Assembly: GCA_963834375.1 (NCBI GenBank) | Contig: CAWIBM010000001.1 | Coordinates: 453,864 to 517,863, forward strand | Reading direction: 5' to 3' | Source: an uncultured Acidimicrobiia bacterium | GTDB lineage: Bacteria > Actinomycetota > Acidimicrobiia > Spongiisociales > UBA5794 | Length of the DNA: 64,000 nucleotides | Part shown: one piece after another, positions 38,238-48,268 of the stretch | Numbering within the stretch: position 1 is the first letter of the stretch | How the letters are laid out: each line of letters starts with the position of its first letter | The notes under the pieces: generated by a model | What the model was told of the DNA's origin: nothing | Seen by the model: the letters and a program-made list of their open reading frames with translations, nothing else | Databases searched by the model: none | Translations under genes and position numbers: made by a program

Positions 38238-39608
38238 TCATGCTCCGGAAGTGAGTTCCCGCTCGGGAGTGTCGTCGGATTCGGTTCTCAGTGCCACCAA
38301 TCGGTGGGCCACGACGGGCTGGCGTCGCCCCTTGACGTGCTGTGCACCCAGCGACCCGACCTCAATGGCGGCCCCGGCGGCCATCCGGGTGGCGTCGCTG
38401 AGGACGGTGACCCCGGCGGGGCGCGCCAGATCCTGCAGCCGCTGGGCGAGGTTGACGGTGTCGCCGACCAGGGTGTACTCGATCCGCTCGTCGCTGCCCA
38501 GGACGGCGGCGGCGACCTCACCGGTCGACACGCCGATGCCCAGCCCGAACGGCTCCAGGCCACGCTCGGCCCATCCCCGGTCGACAGCCTGCTGACGCTG
38601 ATGCATGGCGCAGGCCGCCCGCACCGCACTCATGGCATGGTCCCCCTGGGGCAAGGGTGCGCCGAACACCGCCATCACGGCGTCGCCGACGTACTGCATG
38701 ACCGTCCCACCGTTGTCTCCGATGGCGGCGTTCATCTCCTTGCGGTGCTCGTTGAGCTGCCCGGCCAGCAAGGCCGGGTCCGTCTGCTCCGCGATCGCCG
38801 AGTACCCCCGCACGTCCGACATGAGCACGGTGACCTCGAGCCGTTGGGTTCGCTCCAGCATCCCCGGGTCGGATCGGACCATCTCGGCCAGCCCCTGGGG
38901 CAACATGCGGCTCAGCGTCTCGCCCTGCTCTTCCCGGTCGGCGATCGCCTGCTGCAGCATCCGCAGCCGTCGGAGAGCGCCGGCTCGACCCTCGCTGGTG
39001 CCCCTGGCGAGGACGAGGAACAGCTCCTCGACCGCATCGTGCACCGCCTCGGGTGTCGTGCCCCGCCTCGAGGCGATCGCCTTCAAGGGACGCCCGGCGG
39101 CCAGCTCGTCGAGCAGGGCGGCCTGCTCGGGCGACAGGTCGGCGTCGTCGCGGACCGGGGACACCAGTGCGGTGACGATCTCAGGGTCCAGCATGGACCC
39201 GCCGGTGGCGACCTGACGGATCGCCTCCGCCAGCCGGTTCCCGTCGGCGACCCGGTCCTTGAGCAGGTAGGCGTAGCCGGCGGCGCCGTCGTGGAGCAGT
39301 GAGATGGCGTACTCGGGCTCGTCGTACTGGGAGAGGATGACGATCCCCGTCCCGGGGTGGCGTTTCCGGATCAGCTTGGCGGCTTCGATGCCCTCGTCCT
39401 GGAATGACGGCGGCATGCGGATGTCGGTGACCACCACATGCGGCCGGGCGGCGCCGGCGGTGGTGATCAACTCGTCGAAGTCGGCGGCGGTGCCGACGAC
39501 CCGAATGTCGCGCTCGGCGCCGAGCAGCGCGCGGACACCTTCGCGCACCAGCAGGTTGTCGTCGGCCAGCACGACGGTGATCGTGTCGCCTCGTTCGTTC
39601 ACGGCCAT
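38238..39608 (-). CDS. Response regulator (REC + LuxR-like HTH) fused to a class III adenylate/guanylate cyclase domain
   Basis: ATG at 39608. REC: VVLADDNLLVREGVRALL...VVVTDIRMPPSFQDEGIEA...VILSQYDEPEYA...GYAYLLKDR. HTH-like: LSPEQAALLDELAAGRPLKAIASRRGTTPEAVHDAVEELF. Cyclase: VTVLMSDVRGYSAIAE...GGTVMQYVGDAVMAVFGAP...GIGVSTGEVAAAVLGS...EYTLVGDTVNLAQRL. Confidence 0.85.
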   Translation of the reverse strand: MAVNERGDTITVVLADDNLLVREGVRALLGAERDIRVVGTAADFDELITTAGAARPHVVVTDIRMPPSFQDEGIEAAKLIRKRHPGTGIVILSQYDEPEYAISLLHDGAAGYAYLLKDRVADGNRLAEAIRQVATGGSMLDPEIVTALVSPVRDDADLSPEQAALLDELAAGRPLKAIASRRGTTPEAVHDAVEELFLVLARGTSEGRAGALRRLRMLQQAIADREEQGETLSRMLPQGLAEMVRSDPGMLERTQRLEVTVLMSDVRGYSAIAEQTDPALLAGQLNEHRKEMNAAIGDNGGTVMQYVGDAVMAVFGAPLPQGDHAMSAVRAACAMHQRQQAVDRGWAERGLEPFGLGIGVSTGEVAAAVLGSDERIEYTLVGDTVNLAQRLQDLARPAGVTVLSDATRMAAGAAIEVGSLGAQHVKGRRQPVVAHRLVALRTESDDTPERELTSGA

Positions 39609-39711
39609 CTCGTCCACGTTCCATAGTCTGCCGTTCGCCACGCCGCTAGCAATGGGGCCCACCGGTGGACCGGGGGGGATGCCTGCACCCCAAATCGAGC
39701 CTCGGCCCTGG

Positions 39712-41738
39712 TCAGGTCAACCGACGCGGGATCACCCGTTCGACCCGGTCCGACCACACCGGATCGCCGTCGTGGGTACACGCCAGGTCGATGGCGAGCC
39801 GCAACGAGCCGGCGTCGACGGTGAGCAGGGTGTCGGCGGTGGCGGAGACCGCCCACCCGGCGCGTGCCAGCGAGGTGGTGGCGACCGCCCCGGCTCGCAC
39901 CGGACCCGGGTCGGCATCGTTTCCATCCACCCAGGTGTCCTGACGCCACCCGTAGGTCAGCGCGGTCCCGGGCTGCACCTCGATCGACTCGACCGCTCGG
40001 GACACCCGGACCGTCGAGCCGCTTCGCTCCACGCGGGAGCGGTCGACGTCGCGGACCCACGTGCCCGGTGGTGGTGGCGGCGTAGCGCCAGGTACGGCCA
40101 GGTCCTGATCGAGGGGGCGGACCGGCACCGTGGGGAGCACGACCCGCCCGGCCCGACCGCCGCCGGTGCGGACGGTGAGGAGGACGGGCTCCGGAGGGGG
40201 GAGCACCACCGGGAAGTCGGTCCCGCTCAGCGTGACCCGGATGCGGTGCCCCGGGGCGAACACCGCAGAGGTGTGGACGGTGCTGCACGGTCACCTCGAA
40301 CGGCTCGGCGACCGGTTCCGCCGTGGGGTCTCCCGGGTCGTCGCGGTGAGAGAGGTTGAGCACGCCGCGGGTGACGAAGGCGGCGGTGCCGTCGGGGGCG
40401 ACGTCGACGAGGTGCGCCACCAGGCGCCCCCCGGGCCGGTCGACCTCGACGGTCACGGTGATCTCGACCCGTCCCAGGACCTCGACCGGGACGTCGAGCG
40501 GTTCGGTCTCCCATGCCAGCGCCCGGTCGTCGTCGACCCCTGTGTCGGTGGAGCCGGCGGCCGACAGGTCCCAGAACGGGCTGGCGGTCCCCAGCGTCCA
40601 CGGCCCGCTCCCAGGTCGAGGTGGCCGTGTGTCTCGGTGGGTCGCCGGTGAGCGTGCCGCGGTCGAGGTGGAGCGTCAGCTGTCGGCGCCGTCGGCGAGC
40701 GGCCAGGCGGTCTCGGCCCGCCACCGGCCCGGGACGTCACCGGGGACCGGGTCGTAGGGCGGACCGGTGCGGACGTACATCGTCAACAGCGGGTCGTCCA
40801 TGACCCCGGTGTCCTCGTCGGCCAGCCAATGGCCGAACCACCGGGCGAGCAGGTCGAAGTGGTCGAGGGTCGGTCCGGGTGCCCCGGTGGCGGGACGGTG
40901 GTGGCCCCAGGGCCCGATCACCGCCCGGCGCGGAGCGTCGAGGTGGGCGAGCAGGTCGAGCATCCCGTCGACGTACGGGTCGAGCCAGCCCCCGATCAGC
41001 AGGGTGGCGGCGGTGATCGACCCGTAGTCCTCGCACGGCGAGCCGTGCCGCCAGAACTCGTCTCTGGCCTGGTGCTCCAACCAGTCGACGAGCCACTGCG
41101 GGGTCGCGGCCAACCGCTCCCGCCACATCTCCATCCACCGGTCGCCGACGATGGCCGGGTCGGGTGGCAGCAGGTTCTGCGCCGCCATCCCCACCGGCCA
41201 GTCGACCTGCTCGAACAGGTGCAGGGCGCCGCCGATGTAGTGCACGTCGGTGGCGAACCGGTCGTGGGTGGCGTGCATGGCGCAGATCGCCTCCAGCATC
41301 GGCGGCCGGAGCATCGCCGTCTGCAGCGCCGAGAACCCGCCCCAGCTGATGCCCCACATCCCGATCCGGCCGGTGCACCACGGCTGGTCGGCGAGCCACT
41401 CCAGCACCGCCACGTTGTCGTCCTGCTCGATGGGCAGGTATTCGCCCGAGGGCGACGCCGTCCGAGGCGCCGGTGCCCCGGATGTCGACTCGAACCCCGG
41501 CGATACCCCGCTGCGCCAGATACGTGAAGGTCTGCCAGTCACGGCTGTAGCAGTCGTCGTCCTTGCGGTAGGGGAGCGACTCGACGACGACCGGGAACCG
41601 GCCGGGGGCGTCGGGCCGGTAGGTGGTGAGCGCCAGCTCGACGCCGTCGGGCATCGGCACCCGGACCAGCCGGTCGACGGCCACCTGGTAGCGCGCCTCT
41701 ACCCCGGTGGACTTCACAGCAGGCCCCGTTGGCTTCAC
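39712..41738 (-). pseudogene. CocE/NonD-family serine hydrolase (Xaa-Pro dipeptidyl-peptidase-like); at least 4 frame changes
   Basis: Fragments in different frames: VKPTGPAVKSTGVEARYQVAVDRLVRVPMPDGVELALTTYRPD...RGTGASDG; then EYLPIEQDDNVAVLEWLADQPWCTGRIGMWGISWGG (nucleophile motif)...; then TVEVDRPGGRLVAHLVDVAPDG...; then FAPGHRIRVTLSGTDFP. GTG starts are possible at 41738 or 41717. Confidence 0.75.
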
Positions 41739-42891
41739 AGCAGAAACGACATCACCGGGTCGGGCTCGGTCAGGATCGGCCTGGTCGCCGGCCAGCCCGA
41801 CGACGTCGTGGCCGGTGGTCCCGTCGATGGCCAGCTCGGCGAGGACCTTGCCGAACACGCCGGCGAACTTGAACCCGTGGGCGGCGCCCAGCCCGACCAC
41901 CGCCCCTTCGTGGCCGGGGACATGGTCGAGGACGAACTCCCGGTCGGGGGTCATCGTGTACAGGCAGGTCCGCTCCTCGACGATCGTCCCGGTGGTGCCG
42001 GGGAGGAGCTCCTCCTGGAACCGGATCAGCCGCTCCCGGTACGCCGGGTCGGGGTGGAACGAGCGGTCGTCCCCGGTCGCCGTGGCCCCGCCGACGTCCT
42101 GGCCGATCTTCACCCCCGACCCGTCGACGTCGGGGAGCCCGTAGAACGCCGGGTCGTCCATCCAGATCCACACCGGCATCGAGCCGAGCTCGGCGGCGGC
42201 GTCGAAGTACGCCACCTGCTCCTGGGTGACCACGAGGTTCACCGTCCAGCCCAGCCCGGCGACGATCTCGTTGGTCCAGGCGTCGGCGGTGACGATGAGC
42301 CGGTCGACGTCGACCCGCTCGTCGCCGGCGACCACGGTGAAGCCGCCGCTGCGCCGGCTCGACCGCGGTCACCCGGCGACCGGTCGAGCAGGGTCGCCCC
42401 GTTGGCGGCGGCGAGGGCGCGGTGGGCGGCATTGGCGGCCCTCGCCCTCACCAGCCCCGACTCGGCCTGGTAGACGACCGTGGTGTCCCCGTCGAGCCGG
42501 AACATCGGCCACCGGCGTGCGCACCGCGGCGGCGTCGAGCATCTCGTAGCCGACTCCACAGGCGTCCATGGCGTCCCAGGTAGTCGGCGGCGTCGATGGT
42601 CGCTCCCGCCGGGTACAGGTCGAGCCCGCCGGTGCGCACCACCAGCTCGATCCCGGCCGCCGCCTCGACTTCGGCCCAGGCCCGGTAGGCGTCCTGGGCC
42701 AGCCGCACCGCGTCGGGGCGGTGGTACGACAGCCGGATGATGCGGGAGTGGTCCTCGGAGGCCCCACGGCGGTGCCCGAGCTCGAACCGCTCGAAGCCGA
42801 TCACCCCGTCGCCGAGCCGCCTCGAGGCCCACCAGGCGGCGGCGCTGCCGAGGCCCCCGAGCCCGACCACGCCCACCCGGAACCGGCTCAC
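41735..42891 (-). pseudogene. FAD-dependent oxidoreductase, sarcosine/N-methyl-amino-acid oxidase-like; at least 4 frame changes
   Basis: GTG at 42891 gives VSRFRVGVVGLGGLGSAAAWWASRR (GxGxxG)...SEDHSRIIRLSY.... Later fragments: MDACGVGYEMLDAAAV, WPMFRLDGDTTVVYQAESGLVRA, and VDRLIVTADAWTNEI...DPAFYGLPDVDGSGVKIG...LGAAHGFKFAGVFGKVLAELA. The probable tail RPILTEPDPVMSFLL stops at 41735. Confidence 0.7.
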
Positions 42892-43932
42892 CCGGTCTCG
42901 GTCTCCTCGTGGCCGTGCCACTCGTACGCCGACATCGCCCGGCCCGTCGTCGAGCGCCACGGGCGCTCCTCGACCGGTTGCTTGCCGAGCGCCTTGGCCA
43001 TCGCCCGCACATGCCCGGCGGCGGTGCCGCAGCACGAGCCGATGTAGCCGATGCCGGCGGCGGCGGCGTCCTCGGCGAAGCGTGCCATCTCCGAGCGGGA
43101 GAGCTGGAGCGGGTCGAGCCCGTAGGGGAACTCGGGACGGCCGGTGAAGTCGGGCTGGGCAGGCGAGGTGCGGAACCCGGCGGGCTGGCAGGCGATGGGC
43201 GCATCGACGGCGGCCCGCATCTCGATGGCCCAGGGGAGCTGCAGCTCGGGGTCGTTGAGGCAGTTGGTGCCGACGATGTCGGCGCCGGCGTCGACCAGGC
43301 GACGGGCACACGTCGCCGGGGCCGTCCCCCTCGTAGGCAGCGGCGGGGATGGCCTCGAACGACATGGTTGCCATCACCGGCAGCCCGGTGCGCTTGGCCC
43401 GCTCGACGAAGAGCAGCGCCTCGCCCAGGTAGGAGAAGGTCTCCCCGATCCAGAAGTCGACACCGCCGGCGTCCAACTGGGTCTCGATCTGGGCGTCGAA
43501 GAGGTGACGCACCCGGTCGGCCGACGAGGGGTCGCCGGGTTGGTAGGCCCAGGTGAGGCACAGGTTGCCGGCCACCAGGGTGTCGCCCTCGCCGGCGACC
43601 TTGCGGGCGATCTCCGACCGCCTGCCGGTTGATCGCCTCCACCTGGCCGGACAGCCCCACGGTGGCCAGCTTGTCCTCGCTGGCGTAGAACGTCATCGTC
43701 TGGATGACGTCGGCGCCCGCCCGCACGAACTCGCGGTGCAGCCCCTCCAGCGCCTCGGGGTGGTCGAGCACGACCTCCGGGGTGAACGGGCCGGCCTGCA
43801 CGTAGCCCCGCTTCTCCAGCTCGAGCAGATATCCGCCGTCACCGAGGACGGGCCCGCCGGCCAGCCGTCCAGGATCCCGGGCATGTGCCCAGGCGCCTGA
43901 TTCGGCCCCGGGCCGGCGGCTGCATCACTCAT
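42888..43932 (-). pseudogene. Homocysteine S-methyltransferase domain protein (betaine-homocysteine methyltransferase-like); at least 3 frame changes
   Basis: Fragments: MSDAAAGPG...; YVQAGPFTPEVVLDHPEALEGLHREFVRAGADVIQTMTFYAS; AGNLCLTWAY...FWIGETFSYLGEALLFVERAKRTGLPVMATMSF; IVGTNC (readable after correction); and MRAAVDAPIACQPAGF...GYIGSCCGTAAGHVRAMAKALG (zinc-binding Cys motifs). Confidence 0.75.
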
Positions 43933-46483
43933 ACGAGATCGCCTCGAGGACGTCGAGCTTGGAGGCCCGCCACGCCGGGAGGAGGGCGAAGACCACCGCC
44001 AGCACCGCGGTGACGGCGATCCAGACCAGCAGCGAGACCACCGGGATGCTGAACCCGGTGAAGCCCTCCTCGGCCAGCGCCCGGACCACCGCCCAGGCGA
44101 AGAGGATCCCCAGACCCGACACCGAGCACGGCGCCGAGGACGGCGATGATCGCCGCCTCGGAGCGGATCATCCGCCGGGTCTGGGTACGGTCGAGCCCGA
44201 CCGCCCGCAGCAGCCCGATCTCGCCGGTGTCGCTCGTACACCGAGAGCAGCAGCGTGTTCATCACGCCGAACAGCGAGATGAGGATGGTCAGCCCGAGCA
44301 GTGCGGTGAGCAGCGAGAGCACCGTGCCGATGGAGTCCTGCAGCTCCTCGGACTGCGCCTCCACCGTCTGCACCTTCACCGACGGGTAGTCGCTCGGCCA
44401 CCGCCTGGATCGCTGCCACCCCCTCGTCGGGACTGATGCCCTCGGACAGCCGGAAGTAGATCTGGCCGTCGGTGGGAATGGCGTAGTTGGCGGCGAAGGC
44501 GGACCTGCCGATCGACATCGAGTCGACCACCGGGGAGTCGACGATGCCCTCTACGGTGAAGGTCTGCGCCCCGGTCTGCTCGAAGGTCAGCTCGAGCGGG
44601 GTGCCCAGCGCCCAGTCGTTCTCCTCGGCCATGCTGACCGGCACCACCAGCCCGGTGTCGCCGGGGGTGATGGTGCCCTCCAGGCTCTCGATGTCGAAGA
44701 GGTCCTCGAAAGCTGTCGTCGATCCCGTTGACGAAGTTCTCAGTGCCGTCGAGGATCGCCGCCCCGATCTGCAGCCGGCTTGCCGCGGCGACCTCGGGAA
44801 GAGCGACGGCGGTGTCGCCGAAGCTGGTCGGGAACCCGGTGAAGCTGAACTGGTCGGCGCTGGTGGCGACGACCTCGCCGTTGACCCCGCCGGTGAGGAC
44901 GTCGTCGATGGTGTCCCGCACCGAGGCGGTGAGCACGGTGACCAGGGTGATGAGGGCGATACCGATCATGATCGCCGCCGCAGTCGCCGTGGTGCGGCGA
45001 GGGCTGCGCCCGGCGTTGCGCTGCGCCAGCCGGCCGGGCACGCCCTGGATCCGGGCGAGTGGGGCCCCGAGCAGCCGGGTGACCGGCTCGGCGACGAAGG
45101 CGCTGAGCACGTAGGCGGCGACCAGGATGAGAGCGGCACCGAGCCCGACCGAGCTCAGTGCCGCGGTGGTGTTGTCGACGTCGCCGAACAGGCCGGTGTA
45201 CATGCGAACCGGCGCCCGACGACGAGCAGCACGCAGCCCGATGACGGCCCGCCACACCGTCGCCCGGCGCTGGGGCCGGACGGCGTCCTGCCGCATCGCG
45301 GCCACCGGCGGCGACGCGGGAGGCGTGGAGGGCGGGAGCCAGCGCCGACAGCACGGTGACCACGATGCCCGACGAGGAGGGCGACGACCACGGTCCGCGG
45401 CTGGATGACCAGCCCGCCGCCGGGCAGGGCGATCCCGAAGGCGTCGAGGGCGGCACGCAGCGCCATGGCCAGCCCGGCGCCCGACGACGATCCCGACCAG
45501 CGAGGCGACGGCCCCGATGATCAACGCCTCGACCAGCACCGCCCGGACCACCTGGCCCCTGGTGAGCCCGATCGCCCGCATCAGCGCCAGCTCGCGGGCC
45601 CGCTGGGCGATGACGATCTGGAAGGTGTTGTAGATGATGAAGGCGCCGACGAAGAGGGCGATGAACCCGAACACGAGAAGGAAGGTGTTGAAGAAGGAGA
45701 GCGCCTGCTGGAACTCGGCGGCCTGCTCCTCGGCGGCGGACTGGGCGGTCTGCGCCTTGGCGTTGTCGGGCAGGACGTCGCCGATGCGGGTGGTGAGGTC
45801 GGCGGCGTCGGTCCCGGGTGCGGCTGAGCACCCCGGCCCCGGTCACCATGCCCTCCTGGCCGAGCACCGCCTGTGCAGTGGGGAGGTCGAAGAAGGCCAG
45901 GGTCGCCCCACCGAGATTGTCGGCTTCGCCGAACGACACGATCCCCGCCAGAGTGAAGTCGGTCACCGGGATGGCCTGGCTCACGATCGGGACCGTGTCG
46001 CCGACGGCGTAGCCGCCGGCCTCGGCGGAGCGGGCGTCGATGGCCACCTCGTCGCCGGCCGGCGGGGGCCCGCCCTTCGCGCATCACGATCCCGCCGGCG
46101 CCGGCGAGGTCCTCCGGCAGGTAGCCGGAGAGCTGGGGTGGCCCGCCGCCGCCGATCGGCTCCCCGTCCGGGTCGAGGATCTGGGTGCCGATGCCGTCGA
46201 TGGAGGGAATGACCCGCTCGACGCCGTCGACGGCGGCGATGTCGTCCACCAGGCTCTCGTCGAAGTAGATCCCGGTGCCCGAGAGGGTGAACTCGCTGTC
46301 GCCGGTGACCACCACGTCGAGCCCGCTGAAGGCGTCGTCCATGATCCCGGTGAACGCCTCGTTGGTGGTGTCGGTGTAGATGTAAGTGCCGGCGATGAAC
46401 GCCACCCCGAGGATGATCGACACCGCGGTCAGCACCAGCCGGGTCTTGTGGGCGAACAGGCTCTTGAACGCGGCCTTGAGCAC
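43925..46483 (-). pseudogene. Large FtsX-family ABC permease (MacB-like); about 8 frame changes
   Basis: GTG at 46483 gives (M)LKAAFKSLFAHKTRLVLTAVSIILGVAFIAGTYIY. Later pieces in three frames: AIDARSAEAGGYAVGDTVPIV, FGFIALFVGAFIIYNTFQIVIAQRARELALMRAIGLTRGQV, GRLAQRNAGRSPRRTTATAAAIMIGIALI, ELQDSIGTVLSLLTALLGLTILISLFGVMNTLLLSVYER, and the tail LLPAWRASKLDVLEAISYE. Confidence 0.8.
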
Positions 46484-46495
46484 GATCGTCGGCCC

Positions 46496-47245
46496 TCAGG
46501 CCCCGAGGCTCTTCATCCGGTCGAAGATCTTCTCGGCGGTCGGGTCGCTCATCCTGTCCACGATCTGGCCGTCGTCGAGGAAGACGACCCGGTCGGCGTA
46601 GCTGGCGGCGTTGGCGTCGTGAGTGACCATCAGGATGGTCTGGCCGAATTCGTCGACCGCCCGGCGCATGAAGCCGAGTAGCTCGTTGCCCGACGTCGAG
46701 TCGAGGTTGCCGCTCGGCTCGTCGGCGAAGATGAGCGCCGGTTGGGTCACCATTGCCCGAGCTGCCGCCACCCTCTGCTGCTGGCCGCCGGAGAGCTCGC
46801 CTGGTCGGTGGCCGAGCCGGTCGCGCACCCCGATGGTGTCGACCACGGTGTCGAACCAGCCGGTGTCGGGCTTGCGCCCGGCGATCGAGAGGGGGAGGAC
46901 GATGTTCTCCTCGGCCGACAGGGTCGGGACCAGGTTGTAGGCCTGGAAGATGAAGCCGACCTTCTCCCTGCGCAGGTGGGTGAGCTCCTTGTCGCTCAGC
47001 GAGCCCAGCTCGACCCCACCCACCGAGACGGTTCCCGAGGTGAGCTCGTCGAGCCCGGCGAGGCAGTGGAGCAGGGTCGACTTGCCGGATCCGGACGGTC
47101 CCATGATGGCGGTGAACTGGCCGGTGGGGAACTCCTCGGTGACCCCGTTGAGGGCGGTCACCTGGGCTTGTCCCGACCCGTACACCTTCACTCCGTTGTC
47201 GATACGGGCGGCGACGAGGTCGGTGGAGGGGGCGGCGGCGGTCAT
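46496..47245 (-). CDS. MacB/LolD-type ABC ATP-binding protein (partner of the permease downstream)
   Basis: 249-aa intact ORF: [18 protein letters not shown]...LSGGQQQRVAAARAM...IFADEPSGNLD...MVTHD. Confidence 0.9.
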   Translation of the reverse strand: MTAAAPSTDLVAARIDNGVKVYGSGQAQVTALNGVTEEFPTGQFTAIMGPSGSGKSTLLHCLAGLDELTSGTVSVGGVELGSLSDKELTHLRREKVGFIFQAYNLVPTLSAEENIVLPLSIAGRKPDTGWFDTVVDTIGVRDRLGHRPGELSGGQQQRVAAARAMVTQPALIFADEPSGNLDSTSGNELLGFMRRAVDEFGQTILMVTHDANAASYADRVVFLDDGQIVDRMSDPTAEKIFDRMKSLGA

Positions 47246-47345
47246 CTTCTCTGTCCTCAGACGGGGGCGGGAACCCTACCAGCGGCCAGGATCCGTTCGG
47301 CCCGCCATCCCCGAGTCTCCGCCTGACGGCGTAGCCTCTGTACCC

Positions 47346-48195
47346 ATGACTCACGGCCTTCGCGCCAAGACACCGACGGTCCGGGTGGCGGTACGGCGCC
47401 GCACCGCCGAGGGGATCGAATCGGGTCGCGACGACGTCGTCGTCGAGGAGCCGATGGAGATCAGGGTCGGCTGCCGCCGGGGCGCCCGACGACGAGTTGA
47501 CGCCGTTGGCGGTGACCATGCGCACCCCGGGCCACGACTTCGAGCTGGCCACCGGGTTCGTGATCTCGGAGGGTGTCGCCTCGTCACCAGCCGACATCCG
47601 GGCGGTCGCCTACTGCGGGCTCCCCGCCGACCTGCAGGAGTACAACGTGGTCACCGTCAGGCTCGCGCCAGGCCCCCGATCTCGACCGCCACCGGCGCAA
47701 CAGCTACATGACCTCGAGCTGCGGGGTGTGCGGCAAGGCCTCCATCGACGCCGTCGAGGTGGCGTGCCACCGCCGCCCGGTGAGCGAACCGGTATCGCCC
47801 GCCGTGATCGCGGGGCTCACCGAAGGCCTCGGCGAGCGACAGCGGTGGTTCGCCACCACCGGCGGCCTCCACGCCGCCGGCCTGTTCGACCTGTCAGGAA
47901 CGCCCCTCGTGGTGCGGGAGGACGTCGGGCGGCACAACGCCGTCGACAAGGTGATCGGGTGGGCGGCGATGGCCGGCGCCCTCCCCGCCGACCACCGGGT
48001 TCTCGTCGTGTCGGGCCGGGCCAGCTTCGAGATCGTGCAGAAGGCGGCGGTGGCGGGCATCGCCACCGTGGTGGCGGTTTCGGCGCCGTCGTCACTGGCG
48101 ATCGACGCCGCCCGCAAGCTGGGGGTGACGCTGGTCGGCTTCGCCAGGGGCGATCGCTTCACCGCCTACGCCGGGGCGGTCGGCGGCGTCGGTGA
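47346..48195 (+). pseudogene. fdhD: Formate dehydrogenase accessory sulfurtransferase FdhD; 2-3 frame changes, 3' end uncertain
   Basis: ATG at 47346 gives MTHGLRAKTPTVRVAVRRRTAEGIESGRDDVVVEEPMEIRVG. Then [26 protein letters not shown] (ORF 47497..). Then [16 protein letters not shown]...[10 protein letters not shown]...[15 protein letters not shown]...[13 protein letters not shown]...[12 protein letters not shown] (ORF 47573..). As assembled, this last frame runs without a stop into the next gene. Confidence 0.8.
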
Positions 48196-48268
48196 GGTCA
48201 CGGCCACGGTGGAAATCGACCCGGACCGGAGCACTACCGTGAGAGCATCGAACGAGAGGGAGGCGGGC

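Noticed and set aside
39640-39670. An atggggccc string between the cyclase regulator and the CocE-like gene, which resembles the core of the palindromic repeat.
   Set aside because: Only ~9 nt match, with no complementary arm and no flanking blocks. It is probably coincidental.
41712-41743. A 21-nt spaced duplication of cttcacagcag at the oxidase/hydrolase junction, considered as a target-site duplication or att remnant.
   Set aside because: It is too short and no mobile element lies between the copies. It simply produces two alternative TGTGA stop/start overlaps (GTG at 41717 or 41738).
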